Source: Candidatus Latescibacterota bacterium
GTDB lineage: Bacteria; Latescibacterota; UBA2968; GCA-2709665
DNA: 33,276 bases
Direction: 5' to 3'
Assembly (NCBI GenBank): GCA_963662665.2
Contig: CAXXJS010000045.1
Span: 1 to 33,276 of the forward strand
How positions within the stretch are numbered: the first letter of the stretch is position 1; each line of letters opens with the position of its first letter. A model generated the notes under the pieces. That model had not been told where the DNA came from, did no database searches, and worked only from the letters and a program-made list of their open reading frames with translations. The translations under genes and the position numbers were made by a program. This document shows positions 8,903 to 17,756 of the stretch, piece after piece.

Positions 8903-10843
8903 ATGGCAATCGACATCTCCGCAGCAGTGGAAGCGATCGGAAACGGGCAGACGCTCGCCGCGGCGGACCAGGTACTTATCGACCCGCAGCCCGGTACGCT
9001 GACCACCCGCGTAGACGAACTCCTGTCCGCTATCCTGAATAACGATTGCTCCGCCGCCGACGTCTGCAGCACCCTGATTCGCCTGGGCATGAACTTCGTG
9101 GGTAGAGACGCCGAAATCGTCGGATACAGCGCGGAAGAAGCCGGCTGCGCGCTCGGTCAGGTCCTGGCCGCGATCGATGATCTCGAGGGGGCCGTAATGG
9201 CGGGCGTCGTGGCCGACTTCCTTGAGGACATGAAGTCCGTGAACATGAGCGACAGCCTTTCCGGCCTTCTCGCCGAACGCATCGAATCGGACCTGAACCA
9301 GGCAGAACCGGGCCGTTCTTTTCTAACGCTGCTCAAACGGGAGATGCGCAGCGGCGTCTACTGGAAAATGATCGGCGAAGACTACTGCAAGTTCGGTAAC
9401 GATTTCGCCCGCGGCCTGGAATACCTTCGCCATTACGGGTACTGCCAGGTGTCAACCAACCCCGTATTGGCGGCCAAGGCATTTGACGAAGACGATTCGC
9501 TCGCCGAGCAACTCAAGCGTGAAATCGGGAAACACGACAATTGGAAGCGGGATCCGGAGGCGCACGCCGACGAAATCGCCATGGCGGCCACCCTCATCGC
9601 CCTTTGGCCGAACCTGTCCATTTTCCGGCCGCTCGCGGTGCATACGGATCTCAAAGACTATATGGTCAGCTTCCAGCTCAATCCCAACATTGCCGACCGG
9701 GCCGATGCGAGCATCGAAGATGCGCGAAATGCATACGGTCTGGCCGCCGACTTCCTTAAAGAATACGACCGGCTGCTGGGCCTGGGTGACCGTTCCGGCC
9801 GGGTCAACCCGAACATCGTCTTCAAGGTCGCCGCCAGTCACGAGGCCGCCCGCAAGATTACCACAACGCTCAACAGCAGTGCCATTGGCTCCAACAATAC
9901 GGTGGTGTACACCGTGGCCCAGGAGGTTCAGCTGATACTGGATGCGTTCGAGGGTAAGGCCCGGGCCGCGAACGCCGGCGGACAGGTCGTACGCACCTAC
10001 GAAACCAACATGGGCGGCCGGTTCGTGAGTCACCTTCGGGAGGTCGAAGCCGAGAAGATCTTCCTGGACGCTGCGGCAAAGGCCGGCGACGGCAAGGCGA
10101 ACGAACTCATCGACGCGCTGGCCGTCGATCTGGGTGCGGGGGATGCGGCCAAGGGAACTCTTGCCGACAGGGCCCGGGCGGTCTGCGCCTACAAGAACCT
10201 CAAAACCCTGGATCACCCGATCGTCCTCGAGGCCGCCGAAGCCGCCGGGCAGTCCGTGGATGCCATCCTGCTTCTTGAGGAAGACTTGAAAAAGGCGGGC
10301 ACCCTGGTCGCCCGCCGCGTCTACTGGGTTTTCTTCAGCCCCCATAACCGGCCCAGGTGGGTCGCCCATCTTCGGAAGACCTATGGCGTTACGGACGCCC
10401 AGGCACGCTGGATCGTGGACTCAATGGACGTACTTCCCGCCTCCAAACGGATTCCGGAAGACTCCTTCCACACGCTGGGCGCGTCCAACATGTGCAATAC
10501 CGAGTTTCCGAACCATGCGCGCGCCGTCCAGACCGCCTCCGAAGCGGACGGCTTTAACCTCGAAGACTTCAGGGACGCGGTCCTGGATGCCTACGAACCC
10601 GGCGTGGACCAGCGCCTGCGCGAACTGCCCGATTTCTGCCGTGGATACGACCTGACACCCTCCCTGAAAGACTTCCTGCAGAACGTCGTCGGCATCGACG
10701 TCGCCGGCTGGCAGACCCGGGGCATGGAACCCTGCGAGTGGCCCGGCTTCGGATCCGTGCAGAAAACCAGCGCCGAATTCCAGGAAGCCTACGACACCTT
10801 TGCCGCCAACTGCGTCGCCATCGCCAAAGAGGTTGCGGGTTAA
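8903..10843 (+). CDS. Large transaldolase/FSA-superfamily (class I aldolase fold) protein with an N-terminal extension; function uncertain
   Basis: GND (D167), STNP, Schiff-base Lys in NIVFKVAAS (K308) and NNTVVYT..Q match transaldolase-family signatures. At 646 aa it is about twice the usual length. RBS GGGAGG. Confidence 0.7.
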   Translation: MAIDISAAVEAIGNGQTLAAADQVLIDPQPGTLTTRVDELLSAILNNDCSAADVCSTLIRLGMNFVGRDAEIVGYSAEEAGCALGQVLAAIDDLEGAVMAGVVADFLEDMKSVNMSDSLSGLLAERIESDLNQAEPGRSFLTLLKREMRSGVYWKMIGEDYCKFGNDFARGLEYLRHYGYCQVSTNPVLAAKAFDEDDSLAEQLKREIGKHDNWKRDPEAHADEIAMAATLIALWPNLSIFRPLAVHTDLKDYMVSFQLNPNIADRADASIEDARNAYGLAADFLKEYDRLLGLGDRSGRVNPNIVFKVAASHEAARKITTTLNSSAIGSNNTVVYTVAQEVQLILDAFEGKARAANAGGQVVRTYETNMGGRFVSHLREVEAEKIFLDAAAKAGDGKANELIDALAVDLGAGDAAKGTLADRARAVCAYKNLKTLDHPIVLEAAEAAGQSVDAILLLEEDLKKAGTLVARRVYWVFFSPHNRPRWVAHLRKTYGVTDAQARWIVDSMDVLPASKRIPEDSFHTLGASNMCNTEFPNHARAVQTASEADGFNLEDFRDAVLDAYEPGVDQRLRELPDFCRGYDLTPSLKDFLQNVVGIDVAGWQTRGMEPCEWPGFGSVQKTSAEFQEAYDTFAANCVAIAKEVAG

Positions 10844-11050
10844 GATCCACGGAGACGTTGGAACCGGACGTCTTCGTCGACATTTCGGCGTTCCATCCAG
10901 ACTTACTCTGCCAATCCGTTCGATCGGCCGGGGCGCACCAACGCGACCGATTCGCAACACGAAGGGGTCCTCCCGTTCCGGTGGGTTTCGTTCCCGCCAA
11001 GTTCGCCAGGGTCGCCAGGGCTCAATCTGCATCTCTGGTCCACTCTCCGT

Positions 11051-12295
11051 ATGAAAACGCCGTCAATGCCAGATCTGAATGAATGGATCCGGGAACTCGA
11101 CCGGACCGTTGATGGGTTTCAGGACCGCATGGTGCAGACCAGGCGGCATCTCCATACCCATCCCGAAGTGAGCGGCGAGGAAACGGAAACCACCCGGTAT
11201 TTGCGGGAACAACTACTGACCGACGGTTTCCGGGTCCGCACCGGCCCCACCGGCCGCGGGGTGATCGCGGAATCCGCCGCGAACGGATCCGGCCCCAGAA
11301 TCGCCATCAGGGCCGATCTGGACGCGCTACCCATCCAGGATGCCAAATCCGTGGATTATCGCAGCAACGTGCCGGGGGTGATGCACGCGTGCGGCCACGA
11401 CGCCCATACCGCCACGGTGCTGGGCGCCGCTCTGGCGCTGGCTTCCGCCGGAAAATCCGGAATATTGCCCTGGCCCGTTTCCTGGCGGGCTGTTTTTCAG
11501 CCCGCGGAAGAGACCAACCAGGGCGCGCTGGAGATGATTGAAGCCGGGGCGCTTGAAGGCGTTGGCGCAATGTTGGCCCTTCACGTGGATCCGTCGCGCC
11601 CTGCCGGATGCGTTGGGCATCGATCCGGTGTACTGACCGCACATTGCGACGAAATGCACGTACTCGTCCGCGGCAGCGGCGGTCATGCGGCTCGACCCTA
11701 CGAATCCCGGGACCCCATTGCCGCGGCGGCCCAGTTGATCAACGCTTTCTACGTGACGTTGCCGCGGGCTCTCGATCCGCAGCATACCGTGGTCCTTACC
11801 ATCGGTTCCGTGGCTGCCGGAAAGCGATATAACGCCATTCCGGATCGCGCGGTACTCAAGGGCACCGTACGCAGCCTGAACGCCGATGCCCGCCGCCTGG
11901 CCCTTGACCGCGTTCGGGAAATCGCTCAGGGTATTGCGCGGACGTCACGCACGGAAATCGAAGTGACGTTCAATTCGGGACCCCCTTCTGTCCTGAACGA
12001 CCCGGAACTGAACGAACTGATCCGGCAGTGCGCGACCGACCTGCTCGGGACCGACCATGTACAGTACATCGGGAAGCCCAGCATGGGCGGCGATGACTTC
12101 GCCCATTATCTGCAGCACGTTCCAGGCAGTCTGTTTCGCCTTGGATGCTCGGCTCCCGGGTCGACCGGCCCAGGCCTGCATTCGCCGGATTTCGACATCG
12201 ACGAACGCGCGCTGGGCATCGGCGCAAAAATCCTGGCGCGAGCCGTCGTACGCTGGTCGGAACCGAAAACACACGAACATGAGGCCAATCAATGA
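11051..12295 (+). CDS. M20D family amidohydrolase (HipO/YxeP-like)
   Basis: RRHLH.HPE.S.EE, RADLDALPI, MHACGHDAH, FQPAEE, GGHAARP and LHSPDFDIDE. Confidence 0.9.
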   Translation: MKTPSMPDLNEWIRELDRTVDGFQDRMVQTRRHLHTHPEVSGEETETTRYLREQLLTDGFRVRTGPTGRGVIAESAANGSGPRIAIRADLDALPIQDAKSVDYRSNVPGVMHACGHDAHTATVLGAALALASAGKSGILPWPVSWRAVFQPAEETNQGALEMIEAGALEGVGAMLALHVDPSRPAGCVGHRSGVLTAHCDEMHVLVRGSGGHAARPYESRDPIAAAAQLINAFYVTLPRALDPQHTVVLTIGSVAAGKRYNAIPDRAVLKGTVRSLNADARRLALDRVREIAQGIARTSRTEIEVTFNSGPPSVLNDPELNELIRQCATDLLGTDHVQYIGKPSMGGDDFAHYLQHVPGSLFRLGCSAPGSTGPGLHSPDFDIDERALGIGAKILARAVVRWSEPKTHEHEANQ

Positions 12296-13419
12296 GCCAG
12301 ATGGTGTTCAACCCCAGCCGAAGACCCACGGTGGGGGTGGAAGTCGAACTGGCGCTGGTGGATAGTAAGACCATGGGCCTGTGCAGCGCCAGCCAGAGGC
12401 TTCTTACCCGAGTGCCTCCACAGCTGGAGGGGACGATCAAGCCGGAACTGATGCAGTGTTACGTGGAAATCAACTCAGGTGTCTGCACGACGCTGCAGGA
12501 AGTGGAAGCGGACCTCAAGGTAAAGCTGTGCGCGCTGGAAGCGCTTGCGGATCGGGAGGGCGTGCGGCTCTATTGGTCGGCAACCCATCCGTTTTCCACC
12601 TGGCGAGACCAGGAAATCACCCCGAACAAACGCTACGCCGGCCTGGTGGACCTGCTTCAGGACACGGCCCGCCAACTGGTCACCTTCGGCCTGCACGTGC
12701 ACGTAGGCGTGGACAGCGGCGATAAAGCGGTGATGATTTGCGAGTTTATCCTGCGACACATACCGCTCCTGCTGGCGTTAAGCTGCAACAGTCCGTTCTG
12801 GGAAGGCCGGAACACGGGTGTCTGCTCCTGGCGGTCCAAGATCATGGACGGCCTGCCCACCGCCGGTCTGCCGCCGCTGATGCGGAACTGGAGTGAATAC
12901 GTCTGGCTGGTGAATCACCTCGTGGAGACGGGCTACATCGAGACCATACGGGAAATCTGGTGGGACGTTCGCCCCCACAACAAATTCGGCACGGTCGAGA
13001 TCCGTGTCTGCGATATTCCCGGGAATTTTCACGATACTCTGGGCCTTGTCGCGCTGATGCAGTCCCTCGTCAAATACCTTTCCGACCATATCGACCGCGG
13101 TATCTACCAGCACGACTGCCACCCGATGCTCATACGCCAGAACAAGTGGCGCGCGGCCCGTTACGGCCTCGATGCCCAGCTTGTCGACGCCGACACCTAC
13201 CAGCTTCGGCCGGCACGTGAACTCGTAAGGCGCCTTGTCGATCAATTAAAGCCAACCGCACACGACCTGGACTGCGTTCCCTACCTGGAGAGGAATCTGG
13301 ACCTGGCGTCCAGGCCGACCTGGGCGCAGCGTCAGGTGGACATCCTCAACAAAACGGGAGATGCCCCGTCTGTCGTTCGGGAGTTGACCTCCGCCTCCCG
13401 CTTCACGCCGCCAGCCTGA
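12292..13419 (+). CDS. ybdK: YbdK-family carboxylate-amine ligase (glutamate--cysteine ligase family 2)
   Basis: TVGVEVE, PEL...VEI, ATHPF, FGLHVHVG, ALS.NSPFW.G, WWDVRP..GTVEIRVCD and NKWRAARYG. ATGA overlap with the amidohydrolase stop codon. Confidence 0.88.
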   Translation: MSQMVFNPSRRPTVGVEVELALVDSKTMGLCSASQRLLTRVPPQLEGTIKPELMQCYVEINSGVCTTLQEVEADLKVKLCALEALADREGVRLYWSATHPFSTWRDQEITPNKRYAGLVDLLQDTARQLVTFGLHVHVGVDSGDKAVMICEFILRHIPLLLALSCNSPFWEGRNTGVCSWRSKIMDGLPTAGLPPLMRNWSEYVWLVNHLVETGYIETIREIWWDVRPHNKFGTVEIRVCDIPGNFHDTLGLVALMQSLVKYLSDHIDRGIYQHDCHPMLIRQNKWRAARYGLDAQLVDADTYQLRPARELVRRLVDQLKPTAHDLDCVPYLERNLDLASRPTWAQRQVDILNKTGDAPSVVRELTSASRFTPPA

Positions 13420-13449
13420 CGCAAATCCTGCCGATCCCCATCAATAATC

Positions 13450-13479
13450 AAAAGGCGCATACCTCACGGCATGCGCCTT
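13450..13479 (-). terminator. Probable terminator between convergent ybdK and purE
   Basis: Hairpin AAGGCGCATACC with GGCATGCGCCTT; the A-run on the left gives a T-run on the minus strand. Confidence 0.5.
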
Positions 13480-13506
13480 GAACACACGTTCACCACCCAC
13501 CCCGCA

Positions 13507-13986
13507 CTATCCCTCCGCGAGCGCTTGTTTGTAGGCCTCCAGTTTTGCTTTGACGTCCGAGTCGGTTTGTGCGATGATCTGTGCGGCCAGGACAGCCGCA
13601 TTTCGTGCGTTGTCGATCCCCACGCAGGCCACCGGCACTCCGGGCGGCATTTGCACAATTGCGTACAGCGAGTCGATGCCGTTCAGCGCGCCGGAGGCAA
13701 TTGGCACCCCGATCACGGGCAACGTGGTATGGGCCGCCATCACCCCCGGCAGCGCCGCCGCCAACCCCGCCCCAGCGATGATGACTTTCAGACCGCGCGC
13801 CTTTGCCGTGCGCGCATACTCGCCCGTCCTATCGGGATTCCGGTGTGCGGACGATACGGTCATTTCGTAGGCGACGCCCAGTTCATCCAGAACGGGCGTG
13901 GCTTTCTGCATGATCGATTCATCGGACTTGCTACCCATGATTATGCCAACCACTGTCCTATTCCTCCTTTGTGATGATTCAGCCAT
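13507..13986 (-). CDS. purE: N5-carboxyaminoimidazole ribonucleotide mutase (alternative start GTG at 13953 behind AAGGAGG)
   Basis: [32 protein letters not shown] and [15 protein letters not shown]. Confidence 0.95.
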   Translation of the reverse strand: MAESSQRRNRTVVGIIMGSKSDESIMQKATPVLDELGVAYEMTVSSAHRNPDRTGEYARTAKARGLKVIIAGAGLAAALPGVMAAHTTLPVIGVPIASGALNGIDSLYAIVQMPPGVPVACVGIDNARNAAVLAAQIIAQTDSDVKAKLEAYKQALAEG

Positions 13987-14037
13987 CCGGAAACGGCAAT
14001 GTCTCCGAATCGCCGCGTGCGCCTTCCCAGAGCGCTC

Positions 14038-15318
14038 TCAAATTTCCAGGCGTTCCAGCGCCCGGTATCCGATGTCCTTCCGGTAATACACGTTTTCGAA
14101 TTGAATCATCCCGGCCGCCTCGTAGGCCCGGTTAACCGAAGCCTGAATATCCCTACCGATGGCCGTGACACCCAGAACCCGCCCGCCACCGGTCACCGTT
14201 GCCCCTTCATCGCGCGACGTGCCCGCGTGAAACACCAGTACGTCGTCCAGGGCTTCCGCCTCGTCCAGCCCCGAAATCGCAAATCCCGTTTCGTGCTCGC
14301 CAGGATATCCTCCGGAAGCCAGTACCACGCATGTCGCGGCCCGGCTGTCCAGTTCAATTTCCAGGTCGTTGAGGGTGCCTTCGCATACGGCCTCCATAAT
14401 ATCCACCAGATCGGTTTTCAGCAGAGGGAGCACCACCTGCGCCTCCGGGTCGCCCAGGCGGCAGTTGTATTCGATGACCCTGGGACCGCTCTCGGTAATA
14501 ATCAAACCGCCGTACAGAATTCCCTTATAGGGACGGCCTTCCGCGGCGAGCGCCTTCACGGTGGGAAGCATCACGCGTTCCAGAATGGCCATTTGCATTT
14601 CCGGCGTCACCACGGGCGCCGGCGCATAGGCGCCCATACCCCCCGTATTGGGACCGGTATCGCCTTCTCCAATGGTCTTATGGTCCTGCGACGGCACGAT
14701 GCACACGACGTGCTTCCCATCGGTAAACCCGGTTATCGACGCTTCCTCCCCCTCCAGATATTCCATCAGTACCAGCTTGTCTCCCGCGGCGCCGAACTCC
14801 CGGTCCACCAGCACCCGGTCGACGGCACAGAGCGCCTCATCCACGGAATGGCACACCAGTGCACCCTTTCCGGCAGCCAGTCCCGCGGCCTTCAACACCA
14901 CCGGCGCTCCCCAGTCTTTCACGAACCCTCGCGCGGTGTCCGGGTCGGTGAACGTCCGATACTGTCCGGTGGGAATGCCATACTTGTGCATGATTCGCAG
15001 CGCGAAGTCCTTATCGGCCTCGATCCCGGCCGCCTTCCGCGACGGTCCGAACACCCGCAGACCCAACGCGTCGAACCGGTCCACAAGCCCGTTTGCAAGC
15101 GGGTCCTCGGGCCCCACCACCGTCAAATCGATATGCTCCCGTTGTGCAAATTCCGCCAGACCGTCCAGGTCGTCGACACCGATATCCACACACGTGGCAT
15201 GTCCGGTCATACCGGGGTTACCGGGAGCCGCATAGATCCGACTCACCCTCGGACTCAGGGAGATCTTCCACGCAAACGCGTGCTCGCGGCCTCCTTTTCC
15301 CACAATCAATACTCTCAT
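14038..15318 (-). CDS. purD: Phosphoribosylamine--glycine ligase
   Basis: G.GGREHA, APGNPG, VVGPE, KA.GLAAGKG, QDHK...GDTGPNTGGMGAY, EYNCRLGDPEAQ and FHAGT. Confidence 0.96.
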   Translation of the reverse strand: MRVLIVGKGGREHAFAWKISLSPRVSRIYAAPGNPGMTGHATCVDIGVDDLDGLAEFAQREHIDLTVVGPEDPLANGLVDRFDALGLRVFGPSRKAAGIEADKDFALRIMHKYGIPTGQYRTFTDPDTARGFVKDWGAPVVLKAAGLAAGKGALVCHSVDEALCAVDRVLVDREFGAAGDKLVLMEYLEGEEASITGFTDGKHVVCIVPSQDHKTIGEGDTGPNTGGMGAYAPAPVVTPEMQMAILERVMLPTVKALAAEGRPYKGILYGGLIITESGPRVIEYNCRLGDPEAQVVLPLLKTDLVDIMEAVCEGTLNDLEIELDSRAATCVVLASGGYPGEHETGFAISGLDEAEALDDVLVFHAGTSRDEGATVTGGGRVLGVTAIGRDIQASVNRAYEAAGMIQFENVYYRKDIGYRALERLEI

Positions 15319-15464
15319 CTGTACGGAATCCCCGGTTTATGGAAGTGTGGACGTTCAATTGCAGAATACGGCGCCGTCGGGTCGCTTCCGTTGAATTTGG
15401 CATTCCCGTTGATCGGCGCCAATCCCGGCATCGCCGTGTGTCTCATCAAGCCCCCTGAATGCCG

Positions 15465-16199
15465 CTATTCCAGTTCGTCTTCCGAACCGTGTGCGATCAG
15501 TGTGCCCAGATCCTCGCCCTCCAGAATCCGGCGCATGGTGCCGCTTGTGTCAAAATCGAAAACATGGATGGGAAGCCGGTTGTCCCGGGCAAGAATCACC
15601 GCGGACTGGTCCAGCGCACCCAGATTTCTACGAACGACGGTATCGTATCCGACGCTGCGATACAGTTGCGCGCCGGGACTCCTGTTGGGGTCGTCGGTAT
15701 AGACGCCGGCCGTCTTGTGCTTCGCAAAGAGAATGGCATCGGCCCGGATCTCGAGGGCCCGCTGCACCCCCGGATAGTCCGTTGTGACGTAGGGATTGCC
15801 GATGCCCCCTGCGAAGATCACGATATAGCCCTTTTCGATATGGTGGATGGCGCGCAGCCGGATAAAGGGTTCCGCGACCGCGTTGATGGGAATCGCCGTC
15901 ATCACGCGCACTTCGGCATCGCTTCTCGCGGTCATCACGCCGCGTAACATCAGGCTGTTTACAATGGTACCCAGCATTCCGATGTTGTGGGCTTCAGACT
16001 CCTCGATGCCCCACTGTGCGCCGAGCATCCCTCTGAAAATGTTACCGCCTCCGATCACGACGCCAACGCCGACGCCGAGTCTGTGAACGGCCAGGATCTC
16101 GTCAGCTATGTATTCCAGCGCAACCGGATCAAATCCGAATTCTCTGTCACCCGCAACGGCCGCGCCGCTCAACTTAAGGACAATTCGCCTGTATCTCAT
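15465..16199 (-). CDS. pyrH: UMP kinase family protein (probably a secondary paralog)
   Basis: LKLSG, VIGGGNIFRG, GMLGT..N, GIGNPYVTTD, GVYTDDP and LDQSA. It is not flanked by tsf/frr. Confidence 0.82.
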   Translation of the reverse strand: MRYRRIVLKLSGAAVAGDREFGFDPVALEYIADEILAVHRLGVGVGVVIGGGNIFRGMLGAQWGIEESEAHNIGMLGTIVNSLMLRGVMTARSDAEVRVMTAIPINAVAEPFIRLRAIHHIEKGYIVIFAGGIGNPYVTTDYPGVQRALEIRADAILFAKHKTAGVYTDDPNRSPGAQLYRSVGYDTVVRRNLGALDQSAVILARDNRLPIHVFDFDTSGTMRRILEGEDLGTLIAHGSEDELE

Positions 16200-16297
16200 G
16201 ATTCGCTTATACTCCGGGGTACGGAAAGAAAAGAGGATGGATATCGGGGAGAAGGAGAGTGAGGTCCGGCTCCAAAAAAGGCAGGACGCATTCAGGT

Positions 16298-16423
16298 CCG
16301 GCCCGGGGAAGGTCGGCGAGCGAAGGCAGCGCGGTGAGATCTGCCTGCCGCGCGGAGCCTGGCACAGGCAGGCGGGATGAATCGGCGGGAGAATGGTAAG
16401 ATATTTTCGGGACAGAACATTAG
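16298..16423. mobile_element. Partial, degenerate MITE family A copy in the pyrH leader
   Basis: 16371-16423 matches 613-665 at 40/53 nt ungapped. 16298-16318 resembles the internal CCGACCTGGGCAGGTCGGC of the copy at 514-665. Confidence 0.6.
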
Positions 16424-16426
16424 TTT

Positions 16427-16454
16427 AATATAGATTCGTTACGGCGCGTGTCAA
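16427..16454 (-). promoter_or_regulatory. sigma70-type promoter for pyrH-purD-purE
   Basis: Minus-strand TTGACA (16454-16449), 16-nt spacer, TATATT (16432-16427). Confidence 0.6.
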
Positions 16455-16800
16455 CGAAATTCAATTCCTCCCTGGATGCGCGTCCCGAAGTACGCTTCTG
16501 ACCACACCGGTGCCGGGTCCACCGGCCGGCGCCCGGCGGACGCAAAGACTCGAAAACGGGGAATTTCCACTGGTGCCGTCCGCCCGGGCTTTGAGGCCGG
16601 CAGTTGTGTTTTTTCTTTCGTTATTGACATCTTTACGTTAACTTGATTCGGGAATCGACGCGGAACCCATCCGACGGCCGGGGCCGTTCCGTAAATTCGA
16701 TTAATATGTGCAAATTGTTGAAATATGGCGATTTCCAATACGAAGCTGATAATTATCCCGAACGAATTGTCTTAGAAACACATCCTTTGCCGGAGGTGAC

Positions 16801-17610
16801 ATGCTCCCCCGAAAGGTTCTCGTCACCGGCGTCTACGGCCTCATACCGGGCGCCATTTACGAACATCTGATCCAGTCGCCTGACAGATACGAGACGTCCG
16901 CCCTCGCGCGCAGGCGCTATCCGTCCGACAGGTCACCCGACGGCCGGGTTTTGAACATCCCCGACGACAAATTTCACCTTGCCGATCTTTCCGATATGCA
17001 GGCGGTGCAAGACGCCGTCAACGGCATGGACACCGTCGTCCAGATGGCCGCCGACCCCCGTCCCGAAGCGAGTTGGGACGACATTCTGAACAGCAACGTA
17101 ATCGGCGCATACAACGTCTTCGAAGCCTGCCGCGTCGCGGGGGTCAGGCGCATCGTATACGCCAGTTCCATCATGACCAACTGGGGCTATCAGACCGACG
17201 AACCCTACAAGGCCATTAAGGAATGTAGATTCAACGACGTTCCCGACACCATACCCATCGTTACGCATGAACAACCGACCCGGCCCACCGAGCCCTATTC
17301 CGCCAGCAAGGTCTGGGGTGAGGCCCTGGCTCGAATCTACTCGGACGTTCATGGGCTTTCTTGCATTTCACTGCGTATCGGGGCCGTCAACGCCGAAGAC
17401 AGGCCGGCCAGCCCCGAACTTTCCGCAGTCTGGTGCAGCCAGCGCGACGTCGTCCGGATCACCGAAGACTGTATCAATGCGCCGGACGATCTGCGGTTTG
17501 ACATCTTTTACAGCATCTCAAACAACAGGTACTGCTGGATCGACATGGACCACGCCAGGGAAATTCTCGGCTTTGTTCCGCAGGACAGCGCGGAGGATCA
17601 CGCCTGTTAA
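16801..17610 (+). CDS. NAD-dependent epimerase/dehydratase (extended SDR, uronate dehydrogenase-like)
   Basis: VLVTG..G, N..GAYNVFEA, VYASS, catalytic YSASK and LRIG. RBS GGAGG. Confidence 0.85.
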   Translation: MLPRKVLVTGVYGLIPGAIYEHLIQSPDRYETSALARRRYPSDRSPDGRVLNIPDDKFHLADLSDMQAVQDAVNGMDTVVQMAADPRPEASWDDILNSNVIGAYNVFEACRVAGVRRIVYASSIMTNWGYQTDEPYKAIKECRFNDVPDTIPIVTHEQPTRPTEPYSASKVWGEALARIYSDVHGLSCISLRIGAVNAEDRPASPELSAVWCSQRDVVRITEDCINAPDDLRFDIFYSISNNRYCWIDMDHAREILGFVPQDSAEDHAC

Positions 17611-17626
17611 CAGTGTGGAATGCTGC

Positions 17627-17655
17627 GCCGGCGTGTTCCGTCGCAACACGCCGGC
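17627..17655. repeat. Intergenic palindrome with a perfect 11-bp stem (REP-like or RNA stem)
   Basis: GCCGGCGTGTT, 7-nt loop, AACACGCCGGC. Confidence 0.45.
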
Positions 17656-17756
17656 CCGTTTGCCATTCTCGATCCGCAGCAACTCCCGTATCCCGGCGTC
17701 AGGTTGAATGCCGCCGGTTGGCCCTGAATCGCAGGTAACCCCCGGAAACTCTCCAA

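Noticed and set aside
7345-10369. 373-aa and 305-aa minus-strand ORFs
   Set aside because: They are antisense to pckG/dapB and the aldolase gene, with no motifs.
10993-11020. CGCCAAG/CGCCAGG short tandem repeats as a CRISPR remnant
   Set aside because: These are 9-nt degenerate tandem units without spacers. No CRISPR array or cas gene is in the window.
15319-15464. ZMP/ZTP or purine riboswitch upstream of purD
   Set aside because: No GACTGGCG...GCCTGGGC pseudoknot signature and no purine-aptamer core are visible.
13999-15702. 567-aa plus-strand ORF
   Set aside because: It is the antisense shadow of purD and pyrH in GC-rich DNA and has no recognisable motifs.
16200-16420. PyrR-binding attenuator upstream of pyrH
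   Set aside because: The ARTCC.G.GAGGYT binding-loop motif is absent.
16749-16758. GATAATTATC palindrome as a Fur box
   Set aside because: It is only 10 bp, does not fit the 19-bp or 7-1-7 Fur architecture, and downstream genes are not iron-related.
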